Of a stretch of DNA of 64,000 nucleotides, positions 1-10,702 are shown in pieces. Under the pieces are notes generated by a model, which was not told where the DNA came from, searched no databases, and was given only the letters and a program-made list of their open reading frames with translations. Source of the stretch: Candidatus Poribacteria bacterium (GTDB lineage Bacteria; Poribacteria; WGA-4E; WGA-3G); the NCBI GenBank assembly GCA_965197475.1, contig CBDANF010000003.1, positions 1,248,001-1,312,000 on the forward strand, written 5' to 3'. The position numbers and the translations under genes were made by a program. The stretch's first letter is position 1. Each line of letters opens with the position of its first letter.

Positions 1-957
1 ACGTTACGTGTACGGGAAACGGATGTACAGCTCAAACCTTTCTTGAAATTCAAAACCGATAGCGAATTCATGAAAGATTTCAAAAAGGTTTCAAATAAAT
101 TACCAGACATAGGAGAACTTCCAAATCTTAGCATTATGAATGGTGCTTTTCAAGGTGTTCCAAAACTGTTAGTTGAAGTCAGCACTTTCTGGTTTGACAT
201 CTTTCCAAAAGATACACCCGAACAGCAAAAACAGGCGCACCTACTTTTCCAAGAGGCGAAAGCTTTTTATGAATCCTTGGCGGACCGGTGGAGTTTCTCT
301 ATGAATTTTGAGGACTCTATTTTACCTAACTATCTGTTTATCTTTGAATTGAAAGATCAACAAAACACAAAAACTTTTATGGATGGACATTTTCTGGAAA
401 AACTCCATGACCATTATCAAGCTTATGCATGTAAATCTATAATACACAACGGCGTTGAGATAAAAAGTTACGTCTTTCCCAATTTCAAAGAGGTTTTTGT
501 AAATAAGTCTCCTGAAGCTTCAGAGTTAGTGCCTCATGAATGGTATTGGTATTACGCGTTTACAGATGGGCAGCTCTTCTGGGCAACAGGGACCAGTCCA
601 GATTCAATTAAAATGGCATTGGATAGGAAAGCGGGAATGGGTGATAAGTTTGCCAGCAATCCGAGTTATCAAAAACTTGTTGAAAGTTTGCAGACAGACA
701 ATAACGTCCTTCTTGCGTTTTCCCCAATTATCGCAATTAAAACCTTTATGCCGTTATTGAGAAAGACAGATCCAAATAGCACAATATCAACGCAAATATT
801 ATTGGGCATGTTCACGAATCTTCCAGATAGCTATAGCGTCGGTCTTTCTGCCAAAGTTCAGAACAACGGAATTGATTCGAACATATTTCTTGCCCTCGGT
901 GATTTCAAGCAGCTTATTCAGATGTTCGGAATGCTATTTGGCACAGGGCAGATGTAA
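1..957 (+). CDS. Hypothetical protein, 5'-truncated by the window edge
   Basis: The frame is open from base 1 to TAA at 957. The ORF-track start at 43 is probably internal. Confidence 0.7.
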   Translation, partial: TLRVRETDVQLKPFLKFKTDSEFMKDFKKVSNKLPDIGELPNLSIMNGAFQGVPKLLVEVSTFWFDIFPKDTPEQQKQAHLLFQEAKAFYESLADRWSFSMNFEDSILPNYLFIFELKDQQNTKTFMDGHFLEKLHDHYQAYACKSIIHNGVEIKSYVFPNFKEVFVNKSPEASELVPHEWYWYYAFTDGQLFWATGTSPDSIKMALDRKAGMGDKFASNPSYQKLVESLQTDNNVLLAFSPIIAIKTFMPLLRKTDPNSTISTQILLGMFTNLPDSYSVGLSAKVQNNGIDSNIFLALGDFKQLIQMFGMLFGTGQM

Positions 958-1156
958 TAGGTTGTATGATTCTTGTGAATACGTTCACACGTTTTTATAC
1001 AGTTCAGAATTCAATGCCAGCGTCTCGGTCATTGATCGTGACGCTGATTTATTTTGGGATTAAAGTGTAAATTGAATACTTGAGACGTTTACAATAATGA
1101 TTGCAATCTGTTTCAAAAAATGCTACGATAGGACAAAAATTATAAAGGGACATCAA

Positions 1157-1975
1157 ATGAAAAAACCTATTTTTCTAATTCTTATCGGTATAGGGGTTTT
1201 GCTGCTTGTTGGTGGAATAGTGTTTGTAGTACCTTGGTTCGTTAATGTATTTCAAGAGATGGAACAGATGGGTGCGCAACAAGCAGAGTACAAACGCGCG
1301 TTAAGGCAATATGCAAACGAACCGCTAACTGAAGAACAGCAAAAACTTCTGTCTCAACTTCTTGAAGTAACTGGAGAAATTCTTGATCCTCAAAGTCCAG
1401 AGGGTTTAGAAGTTATTTTGTCGACTGAACCGTACCTCGCTTATATCAAAACACAAGATGGGCAAGACTATGTGGATTTTCCGAGTTATATCGCCGCAAT
1501 GCCGACACCGAACCATAGAACCGTTGTTCTGTCAAGGCTTAAGGATTTTTTGGGAACAGAGATAGAAGCGGCAGAACAAGAAATCTGGATTAACTTTTAT
1601 TACATAATTCGGGATTGGAGCAAGACAGGGAAAGACGTACTTGCTAACAGGAAGGAGTTTAACGAACTGCTACAACAGCACTTGATTAAACCCTTAATGA
1701 ATGAGGTGTCGGGAACAGAAGGGTTAACCAGTCAAATTTTAAAGATGGGGATGGTTTCTGCATCTATGACAGAGGACAATGAAGTGTTTCATAGTGCATG
1801 GCACGCACGTTTGAAAAGTCACGGAACACAAGAAGGATATTTGCGATGTGCCATTGCAACCCCAGCTGAATTTGCCTTGATGCGTTCATTTTTTGAGGAT
1901 GCTGCTGCATTTGAAACGTGGATTACAGAACCGTTTGAAGTAGAGGAAGAGACTGAAGGACAGGAAAATGAGTAG
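1157..1975 (+). CDS. Hypothetical membrane-anchored protein
   Basis: ATG at 1157 after AAGGGA; N-terminal hydrophobic helix IFLILIGIGVLLLVGGIVFVV. Confidence 0.7.
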   Translation: MKKPIFLILIGIGVLLLVGGIVFVVPWFVNVFQEMEQMGAQQAEYKRALRQYANEPLTEEQQKLLSQLLEVTGEILDPQSPEGLEVILSTEPYLAYIKTQDGQDYVDFPSYIAAMPTPNHRTVVLSRLKDFLGTEIEAAEQEIWINFYYIIRDWSKTGKDVLANRKEFNELLQQHLIKPLMNEVSGTEGLTSQILKMGMVSASMTEDNEVFHSAWHARLKSHGTQEGYLRCAIATPAEFALMRSFFEDAAAFETWITEPFEVEEETEGQENE

Positions 1976-2036
1976 AACCGTGTCACCTATTCTATTTCAG
2001 CAGAAAATGATATAGAACGTGCTCCAGCCCATTAAC

Positions 2037-2918
2037 CTATTTTTTCTCTATTTGTTCTGCCAAGATCGCAATCAGCTCTACCAACGTAGGGAATTGGTCT
2101 CGCGCCTCAGGTGATAGGTCTGCAAGATGTGTCTCACTAACAAGTCGATATATATCCGCTGCACCTATCAAGATATTTGGTGTCAATCCGACGTGTGCAA
2201 AAGTGGCTGAAATTTCTTCCATTTCACCTATCCAACGTTTCGCTTTCGGTGGCATGCTGGGTAATCCTCTTTCCATTCGTTCATAAAGTGCAGCCTGACT
2301 CAATTGAAACTCCGCAGCGAGCGCATCTGAAACACCTAACACCGATGCTGCCATGAGCAATTCGGTGCAAAGTGCAGTTAACCCTTTTGTCAAAGAAGCG
2401 TAACACATCTTTATTGAAGAAGCGAGTCCAATCTCATCACCGAGTGTGCGTACATCTAACCCATAATGATTCATCTCACAGAACGTATCAAGGTTCGGTC
2501 CCGAAGCATAAAAGCGGGTTGCATTCGGTCTGCGTGGTGGTGGCCCGATGATAGACACATCAACGAATATTCCCCCTGCCGATGAAATTATATCTCCTAA
2601 TTTGCGAACCGTTTGTGGTGCGATCGCATTGCAGTCGGCATAAGTCAAGTTCGTTTCAACCTGCTGCAGCGCATCAGCAACTGCTGTCGCTGCCGACATC
2701 GCTTGAGCTGGCACCATGATTGAGAGGATAAGGTCTGCTTCAGTGACGAGCTGAGAATACGTTGGTACATCCACAATACCCGCTTTTTGTGCTAGCTCAC
2801 GAGTACGTTGGCTTCTACTCTCAAGACAGGTAATTACGCGTAAACCGTTTTGACGGAGGACATCTCCAACGGTGTGCCCCATATCGCCAGGGCTTAAAAT
2901 TCCGATAGTGTTAGGCAT
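2037..2918 (-). CDS. NAD(P)-dependent oxidoreductase, 6PGD/HIBADH-like (DUF1932-type C-terminus)
   Basis: IGILSPGDMG dinucleotide-binding motif; ASSIKMCYASLTKG; RWIGEMEEI. Confidence 0.8.
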   Translation of the reverse strand: MPNTIGILSPGDMGHTVGDVLRQNGLRVITCLESRSQRTRELAQKAGIVDVPTYSQLVTEADLILSIMVPAQAMSAATAVADALQQVETNLTYADCNAIAPQTVRKLGDIISSAGGIFVDVSIIGPPPRRPNATRFYASGPNLDTFCEMNHYGLDVRTLGDEIGLASSIKMCYASLTKGLTALCTELLMAASVLGVSDALAAEFQLSQAALYERMERGLPSMPPKAKRWIGEMEEISATFAHVGLTPNILIGAADIYRLVSETHLADLSPEARDQFPTLVELIAILAEQIEKK

Positions 2919-2968
2919 AAATTCCTCAATTTCGGTATTCGCTTTTCCAACAATATAGGATTGTTCTT

Positions 2969-3850
2969 TTAAATCTGAATGCCTACATCGTTGAGAGCCT
3001 TGAATACTAACACCGCCCCAAGAACAATAACAACCGTAGCACTGATAATCGGTAGACGTTTTAGCCAGATGCCTTCCCCCGTAAATCGTTCAATAAAAGG
3101 TTTTGCCATTACCATTAGGATGCCGATAGCAACCAACACAGCAGCAAGCCCTAAAGAGAAAGCACATAAGATTACTACACCCCATGTAAGTTTATTAATG
3201 CTGATGGCAAATAGAAGTCCAATGAGTGCATCCACACACGGTACGATACCGCCAGAGATGCCGAGCGATAGCAATCCCCAAAAACCGGTCCGCTTTGAAG
3301 GCACATGGCTATACGTGTGCCCACCCCCATGGCTATGTGAATATCCATGGTCATGCGAATGGTCATGTGAATGATCATGTCCGTGGTTGTGCATCTTACC
3401 GCTGTAATACTGCCTCATATTTTTTGCGAGCAACCATCCACCGATACCGACAATCAAGAGACCAGAGATTAGACTCAGCCACAAGACGATATCCTCTTGC
3501 ACAAACCGATCTTTGGCAAACAGCAGGATGATACCGATCATGATGACACTGAAGGTGTGCGTAAAAGTAACAACAAGACCGAGGAAAATTGCGTCAGTTA
3601 TCCTGCCTTTCGTACCGACGAGATACGCTGCAACAACCGCTTTTCCGTGTCCCGGTGTCAAAGCGTGCAAACCACCCAGCACAAATGAAACGACTAAGGC
3701 GATAATTGCTATCTGCAATGTAAGCGGTTGAGTAATCAACTTTTTTATGTGGTCGCCAGAATGTTCATGATTCCCATCAGCAATAGCAAAGGTGCATGCT
3801 ACAATACTGATAAAAATAAAACTGAGAATAAGAAGATGCTGCTTTTTCAA
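2969..3850 (-). CDS. Nickel/cobalt transporter, RcnA/NicO-like
   Basis: HALTPGHGK motif, His-rich loop HNHGHDHSHDHSHDH, GIVPC motif, multiple TM helices. Confidence 0.85.
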   Translation of the reverse strand: MKKQHLLILSFIFISIVACTFAIADGNHEHSGDHIKKLITQPLTLQIAIIALVVSFVLGGLHALTPGHGKAVVAAYLVGTKGRITDAIFLGLVVTFTHTFSVIMIGIILLFAKDRFVQEDIVLWLSLISGLLIVGIGGWLLAKNMRQYYSGKMHNHGHDHSHDHSHDHGYSHSHGGGHTYSHVPSKRTGFWGLLSLGISGGIVPCVDALIGLLFAISINKLTWGVVILCAFSLGLAAVLVAIGILMVMAKPFIERFTGEGIWLKRLPIISATVVIVLGAVLVFKALNDVGIQI

Positions 3851-3855
3851 AACTA

Positions 3856-4704
3856 TTAAACCCTCGCAAATTTTTGGAAACGTCTTTCAGCGATAACTTC
3901 ACTGACGTAGATATCTCCTTTTGAATCGATCCAAATACCATGTGGGGAATCGCTAAATTGGCCCGGTGCGGTGCCTTTCTCGCCCCACCTTCCGATTATA
4001 TCGCCCTCAAGTGTCATGATGCAGATGCTTTGCCGTGCTTCGGCAATGTGAATGATATTATCTGAGTCAATGAATAGATCGTTAGGTGAGCGGAGATCCG
4101 TCCACTCGGTGATAAATTCTCCGTCGTTGTTAAAAATTTGACATCGTAAGTTGCCTCGGTCAAGAATATAGATCCGATCATTATGATCTACAGTAACATC
4201 GTGCGGTAGGTTGAATTCTCCCGGACCTGTTCCGGGTGCTCCCCACGAAACAATAACTTTCCCATCAGCAGTCATGCGGTGAACGCGCGATTGTCCGTAT
4301 CCATCTGAAACATACATCTCCCCGGAGGCAGAGAGGATTGCACGGGTCGGTTGATTAAAGGGTGTTCCCGGTGCTCCTGGCTGATTGACGGTGCCAAATG
4401 TCTGTAACAACTCTCCATCAAGCGAGAATTTCCGCACAGTGTGATCAATAGTGTCTGTTGTATAGATTTCATCTTCGGGACTAATCCAGATGCCGTGCGG
4501 TTTTTGGAAAATATCCTTGCCCCACTCTGCAACGAAAGTCCCATCTGCTTCAAATACGAGCATCGCAGGTTGTGGACTGCGATTGTAGACATAGACACGG
4601 TCATTTGAATCACATGCCACACCAGAAACGAGTCCAAGTTGCGGAATCATTCCCCAGCCTTTTACTACCTCATATCGGTAGTCGCCAGTTCCAAAAGTTG
4701 CCAT
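3856..4704 (-). CDS. NHL-repeat protein, peptidyl-alpha-hydroxyglycine lyase-like
   Basis: NHL repeats (FNQPT, YVSDGYGQSRV, GEFNLPHDV, PHGIWIDSKGDIYVSE). Confidence 0.85.
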   Translation of the reverse strand: MATFGTGDYRYEVVKGWGMIPQLGLVSGVACDSNDRVYVYNRSPQPAMLVFEADGTFVAEWGKDIFQKPHGIWISPEDEIYTTDTIDHTVRKFSLDGELLQTFGTVNQPGAPGTPFNQPTRAILSASGEMYVSDGYGQSRVHRMTADGKVIVSWGAPGTGPGEFNLPHDVTVDHNDRIYILDRGNLRCQIFNNDGEFITEWTDLRSPNDLFIDSDNIIHIAEARQSICIMTLEGDIIGRWGEKGTAPGQFSDSPHGIWIDSKGDIYVSEVIAERRFQKFARV

Positions 4705-5123
4705 AGCGTGTCTCCTGTTAGACGCTGATTTATTCTAACCATATCCGTAATTTCTTAATGGTAACGTATAATCATACGTTATTTTTAGTAAAATTGCAAC
4801 TTTTTTCTTTTAAGATTCAATGTACACATAGTTTTATTACATCTAATGGAGATTTTCCTTACCTCCAAGCAAATTTTATGTTAAATTTAAGCAAAAGCAC
4901 ATGAATATAGGCGTATGAATTCAGCCCAATTTTGAAAAGCACAGGAAAATTGAAAGCGTCCTATGGATGTATGGTTTTTAGAGATTGTTTACTTACAAGC
5001 GAATAGGTGGAAATGTGTGAACGATAAAGTGCAACGGAACCGAAATATAAATTATCTGGTGAAAAATCAGTGCCAACTAAACAATATGCTCTCAGTGGGA
5101 GAGGAAATTTAACCTAATCTGAA

Positions 5124-6911
5124 CTAAAAGAATCCATTGATGAATAAAACAGCACGTATTGTGTCCGCTTCCTGAAATCCTGTGGCATAGAGGTCTTTTG
5201 TTTCATCAATATATGTATATCTATTTTTGCCGAAGAAGTGTGTAATTTCAAAGTTTAAATGGAACGTTCGACTTAAGTCGTAATAGATACCGCCACCCCA
5301 ATCGGAGAATTTTGCGTTGAAATCGAGAAACCTGAAGTTATTCGGATTAAGCGCATCGTTGATGAAATCAAGGTTAATAGTACTGAAGTATGCATAAGCT
5401 CGTGCCTCACGATAATTGTAGAGGCTATGGTCACGTATCCATGTAAAATCAAGTTGAATTCGGTTATCCCAAGATGTTTCAGTTGATCTATCATCTTGAT
5501 TGAAACTTCCACGGAAGTCCGCAAAATCTTGCGAACGGTAATAACTTGTATCGGTCATACGGACATAAGTTAGCTGGTTAGAGAGTGCTATTCGATAGTT
5601 CTCGTTTAAATCATAAGAAAAGGTTATGTTTGCATCTGCTGAGTCTTGAATGATCTGTTCGTCAAAATCGGATTTAGTGTATAGATCCGCATCAAGGTCA
5701 TCTTGATTGTCTATTTCAATGTCGTGTAGATCGCGCGTATAGCGGAGTTTCAGTTCAGTTTGAAACATGGAAGAGAACAAAGATGTAGTTGGCGCATATT
5801 TCCTAAACCGTAATGCTGTCGTATTGAGATAGTATAAGTTTCCGCTTGGGTCAATCCCTTTAAGTTGAAGTGCTACATCTTCCTCATCCTCTCTTTGGAA
5901 AGGAATGAGTATCTTTTGGGTATACGCGCCATCAGCAGTAAATCGTTGGATTCTCCGTAGTCGGTATCGAAACGACCGTGAATAGCCATCATAACGTGGA
6001 GTAGGATCATCAAGTCGCTTCGGTAGTGTGGATAGAAAATCTTTAAGGTATTTTGCCTTGTCCGCAACAAGAAGCGTTCCATCTGTTAGGGCTGCGATCC
6101 GGAATGGGGCAATAAATTGTCCGCCAGCATCTCCATATTCACCGAAGGCGCGTAAAAACTTTCCTTCCGAGCTATATTTTACGACCCGATGTCCTTTTTC
6201 ATCAACAATATAGAGGTTGCCAGTTTTGTCCACGGTCATATCAGCGGGATGAATTATTTGTCCCGCACCGAGTTGGGCAATGGCATAGCGAGCAATTGGT
6301 TTTCCGTCTGCATCCAGTTTGTAAATTAAGTCGTTATCACAAACATAAAGATTGTGATGTACATCTACTGCAAGTAGAAATTGACGTTTTGTGTCACCCT
6401 GTGGGATAATGAGTGCGTATTCGCCATCGCTATCCAGGCCAGGCGCGGCTGCTTCAAGGTTTTCTATTCTCTGGCTGAAATCCTGTATCGGATAACTCTT
6501 GATAAACTGTCCTTGAGAATCAAATTTGTGAACACAAGGTCCGTAGTTGAAGATTTTCGGATTGTCAGTTCCCGCAATGTGTTTAAGTATCCAGTCCATC
6601 ACATAAATAGAACTGTCGCTCCCGATAGCAATAGCAGTAGGGTTGATGAATCGGAAGTCTGCGGAATCTTTCACCTCAATGTCAAAAACGAAAACACCTA
6701 TTTGCGTGAATTTGTGAATTTTGAAGTTGTCTGTATCCGTGACGTAGATAGCACTGTCGGACCCGAACGCTATGAACAAAGTCTTTGCGAATTGTGCCTC
6801 TCCTTCTCCTTTGCTACCGAATTCGCCAACGAATTTAAACTCTTGTGCAGCGTTAAGACTCAACGGAATTAGCAATAGAATGAAAAGCGATAGGGTTTTT
6901 AGTTTTAACAT
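5124..6911 (-). CDS. Secreted NHL-repeat protein with a possible C-terminal beta-barrel
   Basis: Signal peptide; NHL repeats in the N-terminal part; alternating aromatic strands ending in Phe (AVLFINGFF). Confidence 0.7.
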   Translation of the reverse strand: MLKLKTLSLFILLLIPLSLNAAQEFKFVGEFGSKGEGEAQFAKTLFIAFGSDSAIYVTDTDNFKIHKFTQIGVFVFDIEVKDSADFRFINPTAIAIGSDSSIYVMDWILKHIAGTDNPKIFNYGPCVHKFDSQGQFIKSYPIQDFSQRIENLEAAAPGLDSDGEYALIIPQGDTKRQFLLAVDVHHNLYVCDNDLIYKLDADGKPIARYAIAQLGAGQIIHPADMTVDKTGNLYIVDEKGHRVVKYSSEGKFLRAFGEYGDAGGQFIAPFRIAALTDGTLLVADKAKYLKDFLSTLPKRLDDPTPRYDGYSRSFRYRLRRIQRFTADGAYTQKILIPFQREDEEDVALQLKGIDPSGNLYYLNTTALRFRKYAPTTSLFSSMFQTELKLRYTRDLHDIEIDNQDDLDADLYTKSDFDEQIIQDSADANITFSYDLNENYRIALSNQLTYVRMTDTSYYRSQDFADFRGSFNQDDRSTETSWDNRIQLDFTWIRDHSLYNYREARAYAYFSTINLDFINDALNPNNFRFLDFNAKFSDWGGGIYYDLSRTFHLNFEITHFFGKNRYTYIDETKDLYATGFQEADTIRAVLFINGFF

Positions 6912-6987
6912 TGTTATCTTAAGACACGTGATTTATTTTGCCCAGCTTGCTGAAAAGCAGAGGTAATGTAACCGGATACGTATGGGA

Positions 6988-7401
6988 TTATGGCGAATTC
7001 TGGTGTCTTTTCCAGATATTATCAAGGATTCCGTTGATAAATTTAGGGGAATCCGGGGTACTGTAAGATTTGGCAATTTCAACCGCTTCATTGATTGAAG
7101 TTGCCGCGTCAATTTCACTGATATAGAGGATTTCATACGTTGCTATTCGGAGTATAGAAAGGTCTACAATAGGCATCCGATGAAGTTTCCAATTTTTGGA
7201 GGTGACTTGGAGTTCTGCATCTATCGCTTCAAGATTTGAAGTAGCACCTTCAAAGAGTTGTTCAGCGAACGGTCGTAGTTCTAGTGGGATATCTCGGTTC
7301 TGCCAAAACTGTCTAATGACGAGTTGCACTGGTTCAGCGGTGAGATGAATCTGATATAGCATTTGCATCGCGACGATGCGGGACTGTCTTCGAGAGGGCA
7401 T
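6988..7401 (-). CDS. nusB: Transcription antitermination factor NusB
   Basis: RRQSRIVAMQMLYQ; WKLHRMPIVDLSILR; INEAVEIAKSY; FINGILD. Confidence 0.95.
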   Translation of the reverse strand: MPSRRQSRIVAMQMLYQIHLTAEPVQLVIRQFWQNRDIPLELRPFAEQLFEGATSNLEAIDAELQVTSKNWKLHRMPIVDLSILRIATYEILYISEIDAATSINEAVEIAKSYSTPDSPKFINGILDNIWKRHQNSP

Positions 7402-7441
7402 CAGGGTTCCAATTTTTTTAATTGTGTTTGTGCTATTTTAT

Positions 7442-7470
7442 ATTATACGGGTTTTTAGACGGGGTGTCAA
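7442..7470 (-). promoter_or_regulatory. Sigma70-type promoter of nusB
   Basis: Minus strand TTGACA-N17-TATAAT, a perfect consensus about 40 nt upstream of the start. Confidence 0.8.
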
Positions 7471-7531
7471 GGGAAATGCTTAGCGAGGTGTGTATAGTTT
7501 TGTCATTAAACAGCTACGGTTTCTCATATTG

Positions 7532-7558
7532 ATAGGCGCGGTTTGAAACCGCGCCTAT
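7532..7558. repeat. REP-like palindrome (GTAG family)
   Basis: ATAGGCGCGGTTT-G-AAACCGCGCCTAT; related copies at 19281, 21570, 31661, 31705 and 44193. Confidence 0.7.
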
Positions 7559-7571
7559 TTGGTAAATCAGG

Positions 7572-8891
7572 CTATTGGGTCTCGGATTTGGCTTTGAGTG
7601 CTTCCACTACGAGACCTTCTAACTTCTCCCCTCTGGCTTTATGTGTGATTAATTTGCCATCTCTGTCAATAAGCCACTGTGATGGAACACCCGTAATTTT
7701 AAACTGCTGTACGAGTGGATCATTTTTCCCCCTTTCACCACTGCAAATCTGCCGCCACTGGATGTTGTTCTCTTGAATGTAATCCCGCAGTTCCGTTTCA
7801 TCATCAAGGCTAACACCGATGATGTCAAACCCCTGATCTTTATAGGTATCGTAGACATTTTTCAGATTGGGCATTTCGTCAATGCAGAAACCACACCCCG
7901 TGTCCCAAAAGCCAATCAGAACAACTTTTCCACGATAGTCCTGAAGCGAAATAGGTGTCCCATTAAGGTCAGTAGATGAAAAGTCAGGCACAGGTTTTCC
8001 AATCAATTCGTATGTAGGGTCAGCCTTGCGGTCATACACGTCGGCGAGTTCAATGTTGCCTAATTTCCTATGAATGTGGGCAATTCTCCAGAGGATAGGT
8101 TCCGCGTCCGGATGTTGCTGCTCAGCCTCCTTAAAAATCTCAAGCAAGTCCTCATACCGCTCCATTGAGTCAAGCATCTCAAACAACGTGCGATAGCTCT
8201 GAATGTCTTCTGGCTTCATGACTGACTTGAAACGGTTGATGAGACTTTCGACATCTTTCTCACGTCTAACTTTGATGTAGAGTCTGAAAAGCCGTGGGTA
8301 GAGATCAGAGACACTCGGATCATCCGGGTATCGCGCAAGTGTGTCTTCAAAAGCAGTAATAGCTGCTTCGTGGCTACCATACATTTCTTCAGGTGTGGAT
8401 TCCCAAACATGGGATGAGGGATAGACCTTAAAGGAGAAACTCAAGTTTAGGCAGTCAAAGGGTTGATTCGCATGATGCCGACAACGGACGAGCGGCATGG
8501 CATCCCCATACACTTTGCGTTGTTGTGCTTTCTCCTCCCGGTATTCAGGATGAAACTGGTAGCCATAACTAACAGGCATTTTCGGGTCAGCGTTATGCGT
8601 GAAAATTGGCTTGCCTCCCTCTTCATCTGCAGGACAAAGCAAGAGGTTCGCATCTGGCAGATATTTCGGGTGAAGCTCTGAAAGCCATTCAGGAAAATCG
8701 TCGTGGTCATTGTGGTACGCCTGAACTGCTTTGCCGATAACAAGCAAGTTTTGCGTGCAGATTTCGATGTTTTTCTGGTTCTGTGCTTCAGCTGAATTTT
8801 CAGTTGGTTTTTGGATAGGTGCTTCCGTATTCGGAGAAATAGCGCAACCTACCGAACTCAACACGATTCCGAAAGTCAAGATTTCCTTCAT
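7572..8891 (-). CDS. Lipoprotein: Cys-containing N-domain + TPR-like region + TlpA/redoxin domain
   Basis: Lipobox SVGC; redoxin motif FWDTGCGFCIDEMP and GVP. Paralog of the C-terminal half of 10703..13072. Confidence 0.8.
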   Translation of the reverse strand: MKEILTFGIVLSSVGCAISPNTEAPIQKPTENSAEAQNQKNIEICTQNLLVIGKAVQAYHNDHDDFPEWLSELHPKYLPDANLLLCPADEEGGKPIFTHNADPKMPVSYGYQFHPEYREEKAQQRKVYGDAMPLVRCRHHANQPFDCLNLSFSFKVYPSSHVWESTPEEMYGSHEAAITAFEDTLARYPDDPSVSDLYPRLFRLYIKVRREKDVESLINRFKSVMKPEDIQSYRTLFEMLDSMERYEDLLEIFKEAEQQHPDAEPILWRIAHIHRKLGNIELADVYDRKADPTYELIGKPVPDFSSTDLNGTPISLQDYRGKVVLIGFWDTGCGFCIDEMPNLKNVYDTYKDQGFDIIGVSLDDETELRDYIQENNIQWRQICSGERGKNDPLVQQFKITGVPSQWLIDRDGKLITHKARGEKLEGLVVEALKAKSETQ

Positions 8892-9002
8892 TTGATATTC
8901 TCCTTTTCGTTTAAGGGATTAGATAGATTATCCAATTAATCTTCTGTGTGTCGAAACACCAGCGCATCGTGCAAACTCGAAAAACTATGGGACATTACAT
9001 AC

Positions 9003-10045
9003 TAGACATTATAACTAATTAGTTGTAAGTTTGGTTAGTCTCTATTATACTTATTACAATCGGACAATAGGAGGCTAACTCATGATAAGTTTTCAAGAAC
9101 TAAAGGACAAACCTGATACGCTCCTGTCCCTCACCGGATATACCTTAGAAGAGTTTACTGAACTATCACCTTATTTTACTAAATGTTTTTTAGAGTATGT
9201 TCAAACACATACCCTTGCAGGAAAACCGCGCAAAAAACGGAAATATAAACCGTATAAAAATAGTCGTTTTGATACACCTGAAGATATGTTGCTATTTATA
9301 CTGATTTACCTTCGTGAAGCACCGAAACAAGTGCTATTCGGTGCGCTCTTTGGCATGTCTCAACCTCTTGCTAATAGATGGATTCACTTGCTTTTATCGA
9401 TATTGAACAAAGCATTAGCAGAACTTGGAGAGTTGCCATCTCGGGAAACAGACCCCGCCCCTATATGTGCTCCATCAAAAGTATCAACTCAAAATCAAGA
9501 AGGAGAACATTTTTTTCATGATAGCACCGAACGCCCGATACGACGCCCCAAAGACCCGTCAACTCAAAAGGCGTATTATAGTGGTAAAAAGAAATGCCAT
9601 ACAGTGAAAAATAATCTGATTATCAATGAGGCCTGCAAAGTCGTCCTATTGACACCTTCTTTTGAAGGAAGACACCATGACAAACACATAGCCGATATGG
9701 TGGGCTATTGTGTGCCACAGGGTAGCACATTGTATCAAGATACCGGTTTTCAGGGTTTCGTTCTCCCGGATATAAACATCATTCAACCGAAGAAAAAACC
9801 GAGAGGTAGAGAACGGACGAATGAAGAAAAAGAAAACAATAGAAAGATAGCGTCTATACGCATACGCGTTGAACATGCGATTAGTGGTGTCAAAAGATGC
9901 CGCATTGTCAAAGATAAACTCAGGAATTGGAAGAAAGGGTTTTGTGATTTAGTTATGGAAACTTGTTGTGGTTTACACAACTTCCGACTAAACTTTAGAC
10001 CCTGGCGTTATGAAACTTCTGTTATTTAAATCATTATAATGTCTA
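9003..10045 (+). mobile_element. Insertion sequence, IS5/ISL2-like (DDE_Tnp_4 type), apparently intact
   Basis: 12-bp inverted repeats TAGACATTATAA (9003) and TTATAATGTCTA (ends 10045) flank one transposase ORF. The terminal TA may be the target duplication. Confidence 0.85.
9082..10029 (+). CDS. DDE transposase (HTH + DDE_Tnp_4-like)
   Basis: FHDSTERPIRRP, YYSGKKKCHTVKN, QDTGFQG, RIRVEHAISGVKR. Confidence 0.9.
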   Translation: MISFQELKDKPDTLLSLTGYTLEEFTELSPYFTKCFLEYVQTHTLAGKPRKKRKYKPYKNSRFDTPEDMLLFILIYLREAPKQVLFGALFGMSQPLANRWIHLLLSILNKALAELGELPSRETDPAPICAPSKVSTQNQEGEHFFHDSTERPIRRPKDPSTQKAYYSGKKKCHTVKNNLIINEACKVVLLTPSFEGRHHDKHIADMVGYCVPQGSTLYQDTGFQGFVLPDINIIQPKKKPRGRERTNEEKENNRKIASIRIRVEHAISGVKRCRIVKDKLRNWKKGFCDLVMETCCGLHNFRLNFRPWRYETSVI

Positions 10046-10072
10046 ATTTAGTGAGGAATGACTTCTTTCATT

Positions 10073-10585
10073 TCACTCATCCTTTTCCAAAAATAGTTCC
10101 TGAAATTTAGAAACTACACCTTTTGTCATTTTTCCCAGATCCTTTTTAGGAAATAGGTACAAACCTGTTTGAGAATGTTTGATCAGATTTTCTGTGAGAT
10201 TGTCAACGCGTTCCCAATTTGAAACAGCAACATCTGGTTTGAGAATACTATTGTCAAAATAATCAAGATACTGAACACAAGCAGCGATATTATCGGTTTT
10301 TTGTTTATTTTCTCCAGCTCGTGCTGCCACGAGAACAACGTTTACGACATAGGATATGCCTTCTTCAATTTCCAAGACGACATTTACATTTTCAGTCTTA
10401 CTTAATGTTTCAAACAAATATTTCTTAACAAACGGTCTCAGATCGTCTTCACCGGCGACATCAAGAAAAACTTTAATTTTCTGTGGATCTTCAGGTGATT
10501 CTTGGACAGGTATACCTTCTAATGAGATTGCTATGAAACTTAGAATTACACCGACCATAAGAAAAAGTATCAAAAATCGTTTCAT
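10073..10585 (-). CDS. Hypothetical exported protein
   Basis: GGAGG ribosome-binding site; N-terminal signal or TM segment. Confidence 0.7.
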   Translation of the reverse strand: MKRFLILFLMVGVILSFIAISLEGIPVQESPEDPQKIKVFLDVAGEDDLRPFVKKYLFETLSKTENVNVVLEIEEGISYVVNVVLVAARAGENKQKTDNIAACVQYLDYFDNSILKPDVAVSNWERVDNLTENLIKHSQTGLYLFPKKDLGKMTKGVVSKFQELFLEKDE

Positions 10586-10702
10586 TTTATCCTCCTTTCG
10601 GCATTCTTTTCGTATTGGCAGGAAGCCATTATGTGAGGTGGATTATGTATACGGGACATAGATTCCCGCATACACATTTCGCATTTCCGTTTGCAAGAAT
10701 TG

